Positions 37,455-51,482 of a stretch of DNA of 64,000 nt are shown here, one piece after another (the first letter of the stretch is position 1; every line of letters starts with the position of its first letter). The notes under the pieces are model-generated. The model worked only from the letters and a program-made list of their open reading frames with translations. It searched no databases and was not told where the DNA came from. The translations under genes were made by a program, and so were the position numbers. Source of the stretch: Octopus sinensis (Eukaryota); the NCBI RefSeq assembly GCF_006345805.1, contig NC_043009.1, positions 44,454,001-44,518,000 of the forward strand, written 5' to 3'.

Positions 37455-37684
37455 TTAGCCCGTTAGTATTGAGATTATTTAATCTGTCAAATGTAATACA
37501 TACTCATTCACGTTGATGTGAATTAATCTTGCATTATCTCATGGCTTTGAGATTTCAATGGTGTGAATGTTTGTTTTGATTGGCATTGTTAGGCAGGTGA
37601 GAGAGGCTGGATCTGATCAGTTGGAACATAAAAAAAGTAGAATAATTTGGCTGGATATGACCGATTTAAATGCTAAAGGGTTAA
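37455..37684. mobile_element. piggyBac-like MITE family 2
   Basis: Homologous to 36485-36713; ends tgctaaaggg-TTAA. Confidence 0.78.
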
Positions 37685-38539
37685 AAGATACTATGATGTC
37701 ATTTCTATATCTGTAATTTCTTGGTTCAGAAATTTATGAATCATATAAATAATTGAAGACGTAAACAAGCACCAAAATTCCAATGGACAAAGATTAATTC
37801 TTCTCTCTTCTGCTGTTCTTCCTTATTTTTTTTTTACTTTTATTCATCATCATTGCCATCATCACTTCCATCACTACTACCAAACTTTTCTTTAAGACAA
37901 AGTTTTAGATTATAAACATAAATTAGAACTCTGTTTAAATTATAAGACTAAATTAGAAGTCTGTGTTCTGTTTTACAACTGGGTTTTTTAAAAACTCTTG
38001 GAATTCATTTTGCACAAGTTCTTTAGAGATGTATAGAAAGTCAGTTTTAACAGTGAAACTTAGAAAACTCTCACTATAAATATTAAATAATATTGATAAA
38101 TGGAAGCTGAAAGAAGCTTGTTGTAAATGTGTCGGTGTGTATATATGTATATCTCTTCTATTTGTTTCGGTCATTTGGCTGCGGCCATATTGGAGCACCG
38201 ACTTTAGTCAACCAAATTGACCCCAGGACTTATTCTTTGTAAGCCTAGTACTTATTCCGTGTGCATGTATTGCATGATAGCTATAAAATGAATGAATGTC
38301 ACTGTCATATAAGCTGACTTATTCATTTCCAATATTCTGTGAAAACCTATCTGGCCATGGGGAAATATTACCTTGCTTGGAAACAGGAAGGGCTTCCAGT
38401 CGTAGAAAATCTGTTCCAATAAACTCCATCTGACCTATACAAGTATGTGATGATGATATGAAGAGGATTAAAAGTCCTACATTTAGTGGATGGTTAGTGT
38501 ATAAATTACACAACCCTGTATGCATATAAGCTTATCTGC

Positions 38540-38895
38540 TTATAGCTTTCTTTGCAACCACATAATTTCATGTTCAGTCCCACTACATTGCACCTTCAGC
38601 AAGTGTCTTCTACAGTAGCCTCAAGCCAACCAATGCCTTAAGTAAATTTGGTAGATGGAAACTGTGTGGAAGCCTGTTGTGTGTGTGTATGTGTGTGTCT
38701 TTGTGTTTGTCCCCACTCATTGCTTGACATCTGGTGTTGGTTTGTTTCCGTACCTGTAACTTAGCAGTTTAGCAAAAGAGATCAACAAAATAAGAACCAT
38801 ACTTAGAAATAAGCACTGAAGTCGATTTGTTTGACTAAGTACTTCATGGTGGTAACCCAGCATGGCTGCCGTCCAATGACTGAAACACTGAAACA
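38540..38895 (+). mobile_element. SINE family A (diverged)
   Basis: gttcagtcccac...gcaagtgtcttct...caatgactgaaac. Confidence 0.75.
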
Positions 38896-41294
38896 AATAA
38901 ATGGTGTGTGTGCACGCAATTGTATGTGTGTGTGTGAGAGAGAGAAAGACTTTCCCAAGTCATGATAGGATGGACGGCCCTCTTCCAGCAACCCCTTCAC
39001 CATGACTGGCTGTGTTCCTTCATGAGATGCAGGCATGCACATATGCACATATACGCATTCATTTACACATACACACAAAGGAATCTGACTTGCCAAGTTT
39101 TTTTTTTTTTTTTTTTTGTTTTTTCACCTCAGAAGTATTTAATATGTAATAAATCATTTATGCTTCTAATGTTGCTTCTCTACAACCACTACCACCTTTC
39201 CTCTTAACACCCACCAAAAACACCCACACATCATCACCATAATCATTGCCACTACCACCACCACCACCACAACCACCATCATCATCACTATACATCTCAC
39301 CCTCTGTAATGTTTCACAGATTGTTAAATGTAACTACTATGAATGGATAATGTTGGCTAGATGCAACAAACCCTTCCCTTCTACCACCACCACCACCACC
39401 ATTTACTCTCCTCCCACCCTTCTTTATATATCATTTTTCCTCCTCCTCCTCTTCGCCATACACCTCCTCCTCTTCGCCATACACCTCCTCCTACAGGCTA
39501 TTTCTTTTCTTTTTTTCCTATATATCTCTCTCTCTCTCTCTCTCCTTCCCCTCCTCCTCCTCTGTTTCCTTTGGACCCTTCCCCACCTCCTCCACTCACT
39601 GCCATTTTCTACATATTTGACAGTTCCACAAATGCCTATAATATCATTTAATAGGAGCATAATTAAAACTAATGAGCCTTTCCTGAACAAAGTCCCACCC
39701 TCTTTTGTCTTTACACACACACACACACACACACACATGCACTCTCTCTTCCTCTCTCTCTTTCTCTTTTCCATATATTCAGTGACCTACTCTCTCTGTC
39801 TGTCTGTCTATCTCTCTCACTCTCTCTCTTACACACACACACACACACCTACACTTTTCACACCACTCCTCACAGCTGATACACAAACACTCTCCTGGAA
39901 ATGAACACAAACAGTTTATCTTAAATATATCATGTACACACAGTACGTCAACCTCTCACGTTTGTATACACACACAAAAGAAGTGTGCGCATGCACACAC
40001 ACACACACACACCTAATCACTCCTGTAGCCACTCTTTAAATAAACGCAAATATGTACTTTATCACATTTAACACACACACACACACACACACTCACTCTC
40101 TCTCTCTTTCTCTCTCTTAAACTTCTTTTTCTCTTCTTCACTTTAAGTTCTTTCCCTTTTATGTATGTATGTATATATGCATGTGTGTGTGTGTGCATGT
40201 CCCTACTTACATAAGTGTGTGTGTGTGTATATATATTTATATCTACACCTACACTATTTCACATAACAATCTTAATAGATTTCCTGAGAGAATATTTTGT
40301 TCCTCTCGATTCCCAAACATAAATTCTTGTCTCTGCCTTGTTGTTTTTTTTTTTTTAATATTTTATTTTTTGCTTATCTTTTAACCTTTTTTTTTCCTGA
40401 TATCAAATGGTCAGAAAATTAAATGGAAATCATTGTACCAGAAATAACTTTTGAGAAAGGAGTGGTGTTATTTAAACTGTTATTGAGCAGTCCTGGTTAC
40501 GACTATGTTCTACCCAGGGCAATACTATGTATGTAGTTTCATAGTTATTGTGGCGGTAGTGGTGATTTTGAAGGTGAGGTTTAATAATAAATTGTATTAT
40601 AATTCTGCTGAGGTTGACTTTGCCTTTCGTCCTTTTGGAGTTGATAAAATAATTAATTACCAGTCAGGTACTTGAGTTGATGCAACCGACTTACCGCCAT
40701 CCCTAAAATTGCTGGCATTGTACCAAAATTAGAATGAATAATAATTATGTTATCGTCATTATTATTTAAGGCTGCAAACTGACAGAAATGTTTGCATGTT
40801 GGGCAAAATGCTTAGCAATATTTCATCTCTCTTTATATTCGGGGTTCAAATTTTGCCAAGATTAACTTTGCCTTTTATCCTATCCTCGGTGGTGGGGTGG
40901 GTCGATATAATAAGTATCAGTTGAACACTGGGGTCGTATAATCTGCTTATCTCATCCCTGAAATTGCTAGCTTTGTACCAAAATTTGAAATCATGAAATC
41001 ATTATTATGATCATTAGCTTGCCAGTCAAAATGCTTTACATTCTGTATTTAAATGCTACCAAGGTCAACTTTGCCTTTTCATCCTTTTGGGGTTGATAGA
41101 ATATGTATCAGTTGAGTACTTAGTACTTCAGTTGATGTAATTTGACTTAACATCTCCCCCAAAATTTCAGACCTTGTGCCTTTAGTAGAAAGTATTATTA
41201 CAATCATCATCATCATTATATTATTATTATTATTATCATTATTGTTAGTGTAAAAGGACCAATTCTGAGCATACACCTGTAAAAAAGGAAATTA

Positions 41295-41516
41295 AAGGAG
41301 AAGGGCTCTTGCCTTGTTGATCAGGCACCTGTGGCTTTTGTGGGGTTTTCCACAAGGACCTTTAATATGCTTCCCCTTTTGGGAGTTTTATTTTGTTTAA
41401 TTTTTTATTGTTATATACATTGTTTACATGACGAAAACCCTTTGTCTCATCTTGTGTTATGTTTTATGTAAGCCCTTGTGGCTAATAAAAGAATGAATTA
41501 TTATTATTATTATTAT
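41295..41516 (+). mobile_element. L1/Tx1-like LINE 3' UTR
   Basis: Homologous to the reverse complement of 6524-6800; ends gcccttgtggctaataaaagaatga(att)n. Confidence 0.75.
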
Positions 41517-42539
41517 GGTGACAACCTGGTGGAATCATTAGAGCATCAGAAAAGATACTTTACTTTATTCCTTCTGACACTTTAAGTTCTGAGTTCAAAT
41601 CTTGTCAGGGTCAATTTTTGTCTTTAATTCTTTCAGGGTCAATAAAGTACCTGTGAAATACTGGAGTCAATAGTATTAACTTACCTTCCTTTCCTCAAAA
41701 TTTCTCTGCTTTTGTATCTTCTTATATCTCTGTATCACCCAAATTATCAGGTATTACCATACACTGCTGATCTAAATGCACTTCTTTGCATTGTTGTAAT
41801 TTTTGAATAGTACCACCATGCTACACCTTAACCACCAGGCCACATGGCTTTACACACACACACACTATCTCTCTCTCTCTCACTCATTTACTCACTTACT
41901 CACCCCCCCACACACACACACTCATTCATTCACTCACTCACTCTAGTGTTACCTGTCATATGATGATTAACTTTGGAAGTGTACTTTTGCTACTATGAGT
42001 AATATCAGATAATATGACATACATACAATAATTATAATTAAATGGTTATCAAACTTCTTGATGTTTATGCTAAATGATGAAATGAATACTAATTTTCAAA
42101 TGAAAAATACACGGTAATTTATTCCCTCTCCCTCTTGATGATTCTTTCTCTCTCACTCTGTGTCTCTGTAGTTCCTTTACTTATTGCCTGTCACCAAGCC
42201 TAGTATGTACATGCTGTCTGTACATTTCATGTTAACTCACCCTATATATCTCTTTTACTTTCCCCCCTCTCTCTCTATATTATGTAAAGCATGACTGAAC
42301 ATATCTGCTATTATTAAATGGAGACAAAGGTTATCATATGCTCTCCTGAGTCTGTCATGGCTAAGCAGCTTTAAACAGATATTCAATTTGATTAAATAAA
42401 ATAAGCTATAAGTTCTATAATCTCATGTTAAGGACTATTGGTTGGTATGTGATTGATATACACACAGATGGCTGGAACTCATGCAGCTTGCCAGCTTCTG
42501 TCAAACTGTCCATCTCATACCATGTTAAAGGATGATGAT

Positions 42540-42570
<31 letters not shown>

Positions 42571-42683
42571 TAGCAAATGCATCCAGCCTTTGGATGGTTT
42601 AAGTTGCTTTGGTGGTATTTTTTTCACCAAATAATTGAACTACCGAGAAGGTTTATGAGTAGCACAGCAATCTATGTTTCCGC

Positions 42684-42912
42684 TTAACCCTTTTGATACC
42701 AACCCGGCTGAAACCGGCTCTGGCAATGAGTACAAATGTCTTGTTTTCATAAGTTTTGAATTAAAATCTTCCATGAAACCTTAGTCACAATTTATGTTCC
42801 TATCACTAGCTTAATGATAACAAAGTTATTTTACTAAATTCTGTGTTATATTTAAAATTAATTGAAAGGAACACAGAGCATCTCAACAAAAATATGGTAA
42901 CAAAAAGGTTAA
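42684..42912. mobile_element. piggyBac-like MITE family 1, clean copy
   Basis: TTAA-cccttttg ... caaaaagg-TTAA, 229 bp. Confidence 0.85.
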
Positions 42913-43919
42913 CCTAGGAATGGAAATTCAAATTGAAGGCTGCACTTTAATGATCATAGAACATATAAGCTTGCAAGCGATACAAAGTACAGCTACTGAA
43001 GTGTTTTGGGTGTAGATTACAGATGATGACTCCAAAATATAGTTGTTTTACATGAAAACGAAATTTTTTGTCAGAACAGCCATATAAATGGTGTAAAGAA
43101 ATTGAAGGAAGATATTGAAACTTCCCCTCTGCGAGTTCATTTTTTTTTTTCAACAGCAGTAGGAGCTATTTTTTCAGAGAGATAAGCTAACAAAAGCCCC
43201 TTTATTTTCTGTCTTCCCACATAGCCTGTGCATAAACTATCAGTGAATGCTGCATAAAGTTAAATTGGTATGGAACTTTCTGAAAGATATGTATAGCTTT
43301 TGCTAGTGGAAGTAAAACTCTTATTTAAAGGTTAATTCTTTGGGACGAATCATATGTGATTGTTTAAAAAAAGGCTTGAACGACAATGCCAAAAAACATT
43401 TGAAACAATGGACAACGGTCAAAATATCATAATGGCTCGGTAAATAAGAATCTTTTAAGTGAAACAACGCATTGGTTGATAAACAAAGGTATCAACAAAT
43501 AGAAGAGAGGGAAGGCAACATCACCTTTCAAGTAACTCAGAATAAGTAAAGATAATCTTGCCAAAGTTTAATGTAGTTTAAATATGGAGATTAAGATTGT
43601 TTGATATTGGATATTCATCGCATAAAGTGTTCCTAGTCAGTTTAATCACCATCGCTGGTGGACAGTGGAAATAAATAAATAGACAAAATCCTTTTACTTT
43701 TATAAAAGAATTAAAAAAGTATGGAAGACCCTACATAGAAAAATTATGTCCCTTTACACAGGAGCTCTGGGTAAAATGTTATAGTGCATGACCATCCTTG
43801 GGACATAAGTGATGTGACTGTAAAGTTTGGTGAAAATCAGTTGAGAAATGTGGAAATGTATGCATTAGTCATTATACACACATACTGTGATTTATATATA
43901 CTATATATATATATATATC

Positions 43920-44280
43920 TTTTATATCTTAGTTGTCTCAGTCAGGGTTAGACTGCAGTCATGCTGGAATATCAATCATCCTCTGTACCTATTTTCTTTT
44001 TAAACCTAGCACTTATTCTACCAGTCCTTTCCCCACTCACAAGACTGCTAAGTTACAGGGATGTGAACAAACCAACACTGGTTGTGTTGTCATGTAGTGG
44101 TGGGGGACAAATCAAAGACTCATTCACACATACACACACATATATACAACAGGCTCCTTATAGTTTCTGCCTACCAAATCCACTCAAAGGCTTTGGTCGA
44201 TCCAGAACTATAATAGAAGGCACTTGCCCAAGGTGCCATGCAATGGGACTGGACCAGGAACCATATAGTTAGGAAGGAAA
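43920..44280 (-). mobile_element. SINE family A (diverged)
   Basis: Reverse complement of the family consensus. Confidence 0.75.
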
Positions 44281-44684
44281 TACATACATTTAAAAAAATA
44301 TTTTAATGATACATGACTATATAAACTTTTAAAGAAATTATTTTGATATTTGATAGTTGATTACCACAGCTGTTATTTTGAGGAATTGTTTCTTTGGTTG
44401 ATTATTTTGATAAATTGTATTTCAGCGAACAGCCAGGACACTATTAATTACATACCACCAATTAATTAATGGCATAAATGAAGGAACACTGATTCAATCA
44501 TGAATTAGAACTTAATTATTAAATAAGGGCTATTGGTGACCCTTGAAAAAATACTTGCTTCTTTATTTAGGCATGTTTGAAGAATTTTTTGAAAGAGGAA
44601 ATGGGAAGTGTGACATTTCTTAAATACATAACTATTTCAATAAATAGTTTGAGTTAATTCTTTCTGAGCAATGAAGTTTATGGT

Positions 44685-44869
44685 TCATGAAATGCTTGTT
44701 ATGTAATAACAGTCTTCTAGTTCCGAGAAGCTTATAATGGCTTTGATTTCACGGTATTGAATGAAATCTTGGATTAGGCTTTTGTATGTAATGTTCATCA
44801 ATGATCTGGGACTTATTCCCATTTCTGCTATGGCCAAGTAGACTGAAGCAATGTGGAATAAAGCGTTGT
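44685..44869 (-). CDS. Candidate terminal coding exon of an unidentified gene
   Basis: ttttttgtttgtttctag acceptor, open frame (D)NALFHIASVYL...YYITSIS*, AATAAA ~120 nt downstream (44562-44567). Confidence 0.27.
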
Positions 44870-46104
44870 CTAGAAACAAACAAAAAATGCTTGCTGCAGA
44901 TTTGAACTTGAAGCCAATGAGTTTATTTATTTAATCCACCTGATCAGTGGCTTCTACCTACACTCTTTTCTTTATCCTATCCTTCCCCCACACACTATTA
45001 AGGATTTAATTACTCTCTAGTCATAAACCTGTCATGAGAAAATACTAATTCTTAGTGACACTATATCCATGTCATAAAATATTCCGCCAAAGTTAGTCTG
45101 CATTTTTTTGTGGAAGCTAAAGTGTTTCTAAGAACCAACAGTTTAAATAAGTGAGATAAAAATCAAGGAAGTGTGCTAGCAGTAAATTCTTTAACCTTGT
45201 TATAAAGCTTATGGTACTTTTCATTTATTATTATTGTTGTTGTTATTACTATTATTATTTGTTAAAGATTCTTGTGCTTATCAATGTTCTGATTGTCTTT
45301 CGTAATTCCTTCTAGTTTTGGGGAAACAGATAAAGTCTGTGAAATTTTGTTCTATTTAGTTGATACCATATGGTTTCATTTTCTGCAATAAAAAAAAATA
45401 TTGCTTCTTAAATAGAATAGTTTATTTGCATTTCAGATTGTACAATATCGTCTTTGAAACAGTTGAGTCATTCACTGCAGTTCCTATTTGTCTGCAGCAA
45501 GCAACCATTTTAGTTCCAAGAACAGCCTGTTTCATTATCTACATGTATGACTTTTCTTGTTTAGTTTTTTTCTTCTTCATAAATTTCAACTACAGAACCA
45601 AACATTATCTCAGCCAAGGAACCCTAAAAGCTGATACCTAGTATATTCCATGTTGTTTTAAGGGCAGTGTTCAGTATTCCTGAGATTTCCTTCTAAATTA
45701 TTATTATTAGTGATCTTTTATCATTAGGCCATTATCGTGATATGGAGATGATGTAAAGATCTAGCCAAGAATTGCCTCTAATTTAATTGTTGTTAGTCTT
45801 TCAGGCAGCCTTGGTGAAGAAGGCCTATGATTAAAGTCGTTCCAACTGTGACCATCCCACTTTTTTTCCCCGGAGATATAGTGTATCTAGGATTATAATA
45901 TTTACTGAATCTTTTTTTTTCTAAGACTCTAGGATGTGATGTGAGGGGCATTTACTTGTTATTTTCAGCTAGTCAAGCAACCACAAAGTCAATCTCTTGT
46001 TCGTTTGCCTACAGGCAATTGGTTTCAGTTTCTGCTTGTCACCATCTTAGCTGTGTTTATATTGCTAAAACTTTTTAAGAAGGGCTTGAATGTTACACAA
46101 TCAT

Positions 46105-46495
46105 AGGTGCAGGTGTGGCTGTGTGGTAAGCTAGCTTCCCAACCACATGGTTCTGAGTTCAGTCCCACTGCATGGCACCTTGGGCAAGTGTCTTCTAGTA
46201 TAGCCTCAGACCAACCAAAGCCTTGTGAGTGGATTTATTAGATGAAAACTGAAAGAAGCCTATGATATATATATATATATATATATGCGTGTGTGTTTGT
46301 CCCTCATCACTGCTTAACAACCAGTGTTGGTGTGTTTACATTCCCATAACTTAGCAGTTTGGCAAAAGAGACTGACACGTAAGTTCTAGGCTTAAAAAAT
46401 AAGTCCGGGATCGATTTGTTCACATAAAACCCATTAAGGTGGTGCTCCAGCATGACCACAGTCAAATGACTGAAACAAGTAAAAAAATAAAAGAA
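46105..46495 (+). mobile_element. SINE family A, full length
   Basis: aggtgcaggtgtggctgtgtgg...aaacaagtaaaaaaataaaag. Confidence 0.86.
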
Positions 46496-48065
46496 TTTCA
46501 TCCTACAGTCCTGTAAATTTGAGATCTTTTAAAAATCATTAACGTACCACTTTTTAATCTAGTAATTTTAAGAATTAAACCAGTTTAATTGATAGATTAG
46601 CCTAAAGGATCTTACCTTAATATTTGCAATAGGGTGGCCCCTGCCAAAGGTTCCCATATGCTAGGTTGTGCTGTTAAACATAGGCAATGGATTGAATCCG
46701 TCACCAAAGAACAGTAATGGTCCTACTGATGGGCTCCCAGTTTCTGCCTATCAAATTACACCTACAAATCTTTGATTAGGTTATTGAGTTAGATAAGTCT
46801 TTGGGCAAGGAGAAGACGGTGCAGTATCTGCAGTAACACATGCACATATACATGCTTGCATAAATGTAAACATCCTATATGTGTGTATATGTGTGTGTGT
46901 ATACATATATACATATATACATATATATATATCATGTGTGTGTGTCTGTATATGTATACATATGCTGACACACACACACACATATCTGTGTCTAAATGCC
47001 TCTTTGTGCAACTAAAGACATGAATCTTGTTCGTATGAAGACTGAGAACAGAGAAACAAGACATAGATAAACAGTCGAACTGAAATCAACACTAATAAAA
47101 GTTTCAAAATGTAAGCTCTCTCTCTGCCTCGTTTTATATCTCTTTTTCTCTCTGTCTCTCTTTACATCTCTCTATCTTTCTCTCCTCCCCCTCTGTGTAA
47201 TGTTTTCTGCATACTCCCATCTGTTTCTGCTGTCCTTCCATATTCTTTCTATCTGTCTCTCTCTCTCCCCCACTTTTCTCTTGTTCTCTCTCTCTTTCTC
47301 TCCAACAATATCGCCTTGTTTGTCTGTTAACGATAACAACACCGATGTTGTAGCTAGGTTTCTGTAATTAATTACTAAGTAGTGCCACTTAATAAGAATG
47401 TATCTTGAACATATTTCTATCTAGTAGACATGAGTCTCTAAACTTTCATTCTTTCAATGTTTTGGTTCCTACAGTACTATATGTGCCTCTGTATGTGTCT
47501 TCACATCCTTGTGCCTCTTTCTGTCTGTTGCTCGACTGATTTTCATTGCCCCCAATAACTTTTCTTATAATTTCTATTTTGTATAAAGGATTTGTGAACA
47601 ATATCACTGTTTGGTAACACTTTTTTTAAAGAGCCAATCACTGGTTATGGGGATTTTTTTTTTCTATTATTTGACCAATCAATATTGCTTATGGATTTCT
47701 AATGGACCAATCACTGCTTTACTGCAGCAATGACAAGGGAGTGTCTATTGAATTGAAGCAAAGTAAATACCACAAGATATTGTTTTGTTTGGCACACCAA
47801 TATGTCAGTAATTTCTTACTAATGCTTATTCTTTGCAAATATACACATATAACATTTATATAAAAAAAAAGAACAGATCCCACCACAGGAATTGAACCAC
47901 ACACCTGTTGCTTGCCAGGTAACCATGCTGCTGATTACACTGAGTGCATGAATCAATTTGACTGTTGAAATAATGTCTTATCCAATTAGATAATCTGTAC
48001 AATTTAGTTTCCTCTCTTATCCCACCAGCAGAATTTGAGGTGTATCTAATATACCTGTGCATCTT

Positions 48066-48540
48066 TTCATCATCATCATCATTTAATGTCTGCCTTGCAT
48101 GCTAGTATGGGTCAGATGGTTTGACAGACACTGGCCAGGTAGAAGACTGCACCAGACTTCTGTGTTTTGGCATGGATTTTATGACTGGATACCATTCCTA
48201 ACACCAACCACCCAACAGAGTGGACTGAGTGCTTTTTACGTGGCACCAGCACAGACAAGGTTAGTTTTGGCATGGTTTTTATAGCTGGTTGCCCTTTCTA
48301 ATGCCAGCCAATTTACAGTGTGGACTGGATGCTTTTTACATGGCATCAGCACTTGGCAGGGTCACCAAGTAACTTGCAAGACAAAGATTCTTTGAGAGGT
48401 GGGGGTTGGCATTGGAGGAGATGATCTTGTGTCAGATGATGAAAGGTTAGAGAGCAACAGAAAGACAGAAACAGGTGTCTTGCTGTAGAGGAGGTACATG
48501 GTTACTCGGCCAGAGAGAGAAAGATAGAGTTAACAAGAGT
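48066..48540 (-). mobile_element. Older RTE-related 3' end
   Basis: (CAT)n, ctggatacc/attcctaacacc block; shares gaggtacatggtta with the reverse complement of ~9255-9275. Confidence 0.65.
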
Positions 48541-49069
48541 GAGTTCAGAAACAGGTGTTCTGCTGTATAGGAAATACACAGTTACCCAACCAGAGGGAAG
48601 AGCAAGGGAAAGAGTGGGAGACTGCAAGAGTGTAAGAGAGAGTAGGAGAGAGACGGTGGCAAAGTGCCAAGGTATACTCACAAGGAATGGAGATCAGAGC
48701 ATATATGGGATGGTAGAGTAAGAAAAGGTGCCAAGTGCCAGGACATACCCTCAAGGTATGGAAGTCATAATATCCTATCAAATATGGTACTTGATCAAGG
48801 TGCCACATGATGAGATTGAACCTGGAACCATGTATTTGTGAATGGAATTTCTTAACCATACATCTATACCAGTACCCATCTCTGAAAGTTAGCATCATTC
48901 TTTGTTATAGCTAAAGCTTAAATATGTTAATGACTGGACTTTTTTGTATAAACATGTTATCAGTAGAGTCAACAAGGGAATGTCTGTGTGGTTGCTTGAC
49001 TTGCTAGAAACAGCAGTCAATTATACCTATTAAATAAAAGAATACATGAGATAATGTTGTGTTCCCTAA

Positions 49070-49337
49070 TAAGGTAAAGGTAAAAGAAAGTTACCTTCTC
49101 AAGTCATGCTGACTCATAAGGGCCAGTTTGCTGGTTTTCATGGCATATAAATTCCCCACCTGGATGGGATGCTAGTCCATCTCAGGGTTACTCACTTTTG
49201 CCAGCTAAGTGGACTGGTGCAATTTGAAATGAAGTGTTTTGCTCAAGAACATAACGTGTCACCCAGTCCTAGAAATGAAACCACAATCTTACAATCATGA
49301 GTCCAACACCCTAACCACTATGCCACATGCCTCCACT
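49070..49337 (-). mobile_element. SINE family C
   Basis: Matches 1672-1888 and 17805-18003. Confidence 0.8.
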
Positions 49338-49429
49338 TCCCTAATAAGGCATGATGGTCGCCACTGTAATGGCCTCAGTCATAGACCTTTCTGATCAAGG
49401 TAGACTTGGGACTAAAAAACTATGTGTCA

Positions 49430-49630
49430 TAAACCGATGTGAGAGCCTCTATGTAATTGCTTGACTTGCCAGAAATAACAGCTAAATTTTTCCCAATGCA
49501 TACTTTGTCATCTTAAAAGAATCACTGGATAATGTATTTCTTGGAATATAAAAAACAGGATGGTTACAGCTGGAATGTCTTTTGATCATACATCTCCCCA
49601 ATCAGCCTGACCTGGTGTTAAACAACAACT
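49430..49630 (+). mobile_element. Unclassified (AAC)n-tailed dispersed repeat (family D)
   Basis: cttgacttgccagaaataacagc...gacctggtgttaaacaacaac. Related copies at 55650-55865 and 62690-62880 (+), and 29195-29410, 45780-45990 and 63765-63990 (-). Confidence 0.6.
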
Positions 49631-50719
49631 ACCATTTTATTCCTATTTTGTTTAGATCCTCTTCTTCTATAGAATTCTTCTGAAATGAAAAGCTTATTGT
49701 ATATTTCTATGTGAGCCAATAAAATGTCAGAATGTATAAGGTGTGTGTTTAGGAATTTTGGTACACATGGCCCCAGCAGTGGTCATTTTTATGTTTATTC
49801 AAACCTGCTGGGGAAGATCATCTTGTCAAAGACATCTGTATTTGATCCTAAACACAGGGCCAGTCCTTAATGCCAATGGTAAATGAAGTCTTTCTTTACC
49901 AACTATTTCACAACTCATCTTAAACACTCTCCTCTTTCTCTCTTAATTTTCATTTCATTTTGTCTTTTTACTTGATTTTGGTTTTGGTTAATAATGCCTT
50001 TCTCTCTCAGACTATTCTTTTAGTTCTTCCTTGCCTCCAATATTCAACAGTTTATTGGGGAGGGAGGGGGGACTTCCCGCTCCTCCTTATTCCATCCTAT
50101 TCTGTCTCATTTTTTTTTCTTCTTTGCTTTTCTTTCTTTCTTTCTCCATTCTCTCTCCCTTCTTTCCATTCTCTGTCACTTTCTTCCTATCTTCAGTTCT
50201 TATTGGCTGTTATTTCCCACCCCCACCTCTTCTCAAGAATTTGAGGATTGAAATCCTTGGAGACAGCATTAAGTAATAATAATAATAATAATAGTAAAAA
50301 TAATAATAATAATAATAATAATGATAAAATATAAATAAAACTAATTCAATTGAGATAAAAATAAACAAACCAAAAAAAAAAGAAAGACGGTTTCTAAATA
50401 CAACTGAAAGAAACAAAACAGGAACGCTAGTGTCTAATGACAGGTCTTATAGTCTTCATATTAGTCACCAAGTGACGGGGAGATGATATTGATGCTAGTA
50501 ATTGGTGGAATGTACTACTTAAGATATAACTTTGATTGCTTCCAACATTTTCGTCTTCAGTCTCCAAACGTTACCAAGCAATTCCCTTCTATTATGTGAG
50601 TCCTTATTTTTACTGCCTTGTCTGTCTGTCTGTCTCTTTTTGCTCTCTCAGTCTATGTTCAACGGACACCCTTTTTGTTGTTTTGATTCTTAAATTCCAT
50701 TTTTATTTTCTTTTGTTAC

Positions 50720-51140
50720 ACTATACTATATACATACATATTCATATATATATACATACACACATACATATATATATTCATGTAGTCATATATATATATA
50801 CATACATTCAGACGCGCGCACGCACCTGTAAATATGTTCTCAAATATGTATATATTCATGTGAGTGTATATATTCATCGTATATATATCTATATGCATGT
50901 ATATATATATATATACATACATATTCATGTATATATATATATATACATACACACATACATATATATAGTCATATATAGTCATATATATACACATACATAT
51001 TCATATATATATACACCCATACATATATATATTCATGTAGTCATATATATATATATATATATATATACATACATATTCATATATATATATATATTATATA
51101 TATATATATATATATGCACGCACACACACACACACATACA
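50720..51140. repeat. Long compound (TA)/(CA) microsatellite
   Basis: Visible dinucleotide periodicity; source of spurious ORF 50536..51183. Many shorter (TA)n, (CA)n, (CT)n and (TAA)n tracts occur throughout the window. Confidence 0.95.
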
Positions 51141-51411
51141 TAATTCTTTACTAAAACTTCACTTTCAGAATCCACCCTCATGAGTTTACACACATAACTT
51201 GTCCAATACTTCTCTAAAAACTCTATAAGATCTCATACCATTTCCACAAGTCCTGGTTGTTTTTCTCACATATTTACTTGTCTGCTTCTCAGAGACATGT
51301 CTGTGAGAAATTCTTTTTTGTATTTTGACTGATATGGAATTCCTAATAGCTTCTCTCTCTTTTTTTTTTTTTTGGTGAGGAAGAAGGTTGTAACATTATA
51401 TATGAGTGTGC

Positions 51412-51482
<71 letters not shown>

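Noticed and set aside
50536-51183. Longest track ORF (215 aa), and similar ORFs at 54933..55541, 28821..29375, 39350..39904 and 8242..8564
   Set aside because: They are translations of (TA)/(CA)/(CT) microsatellites and low-complexity tracts (YIYI, HTHT, LSLS), which lack stop codons by composition.
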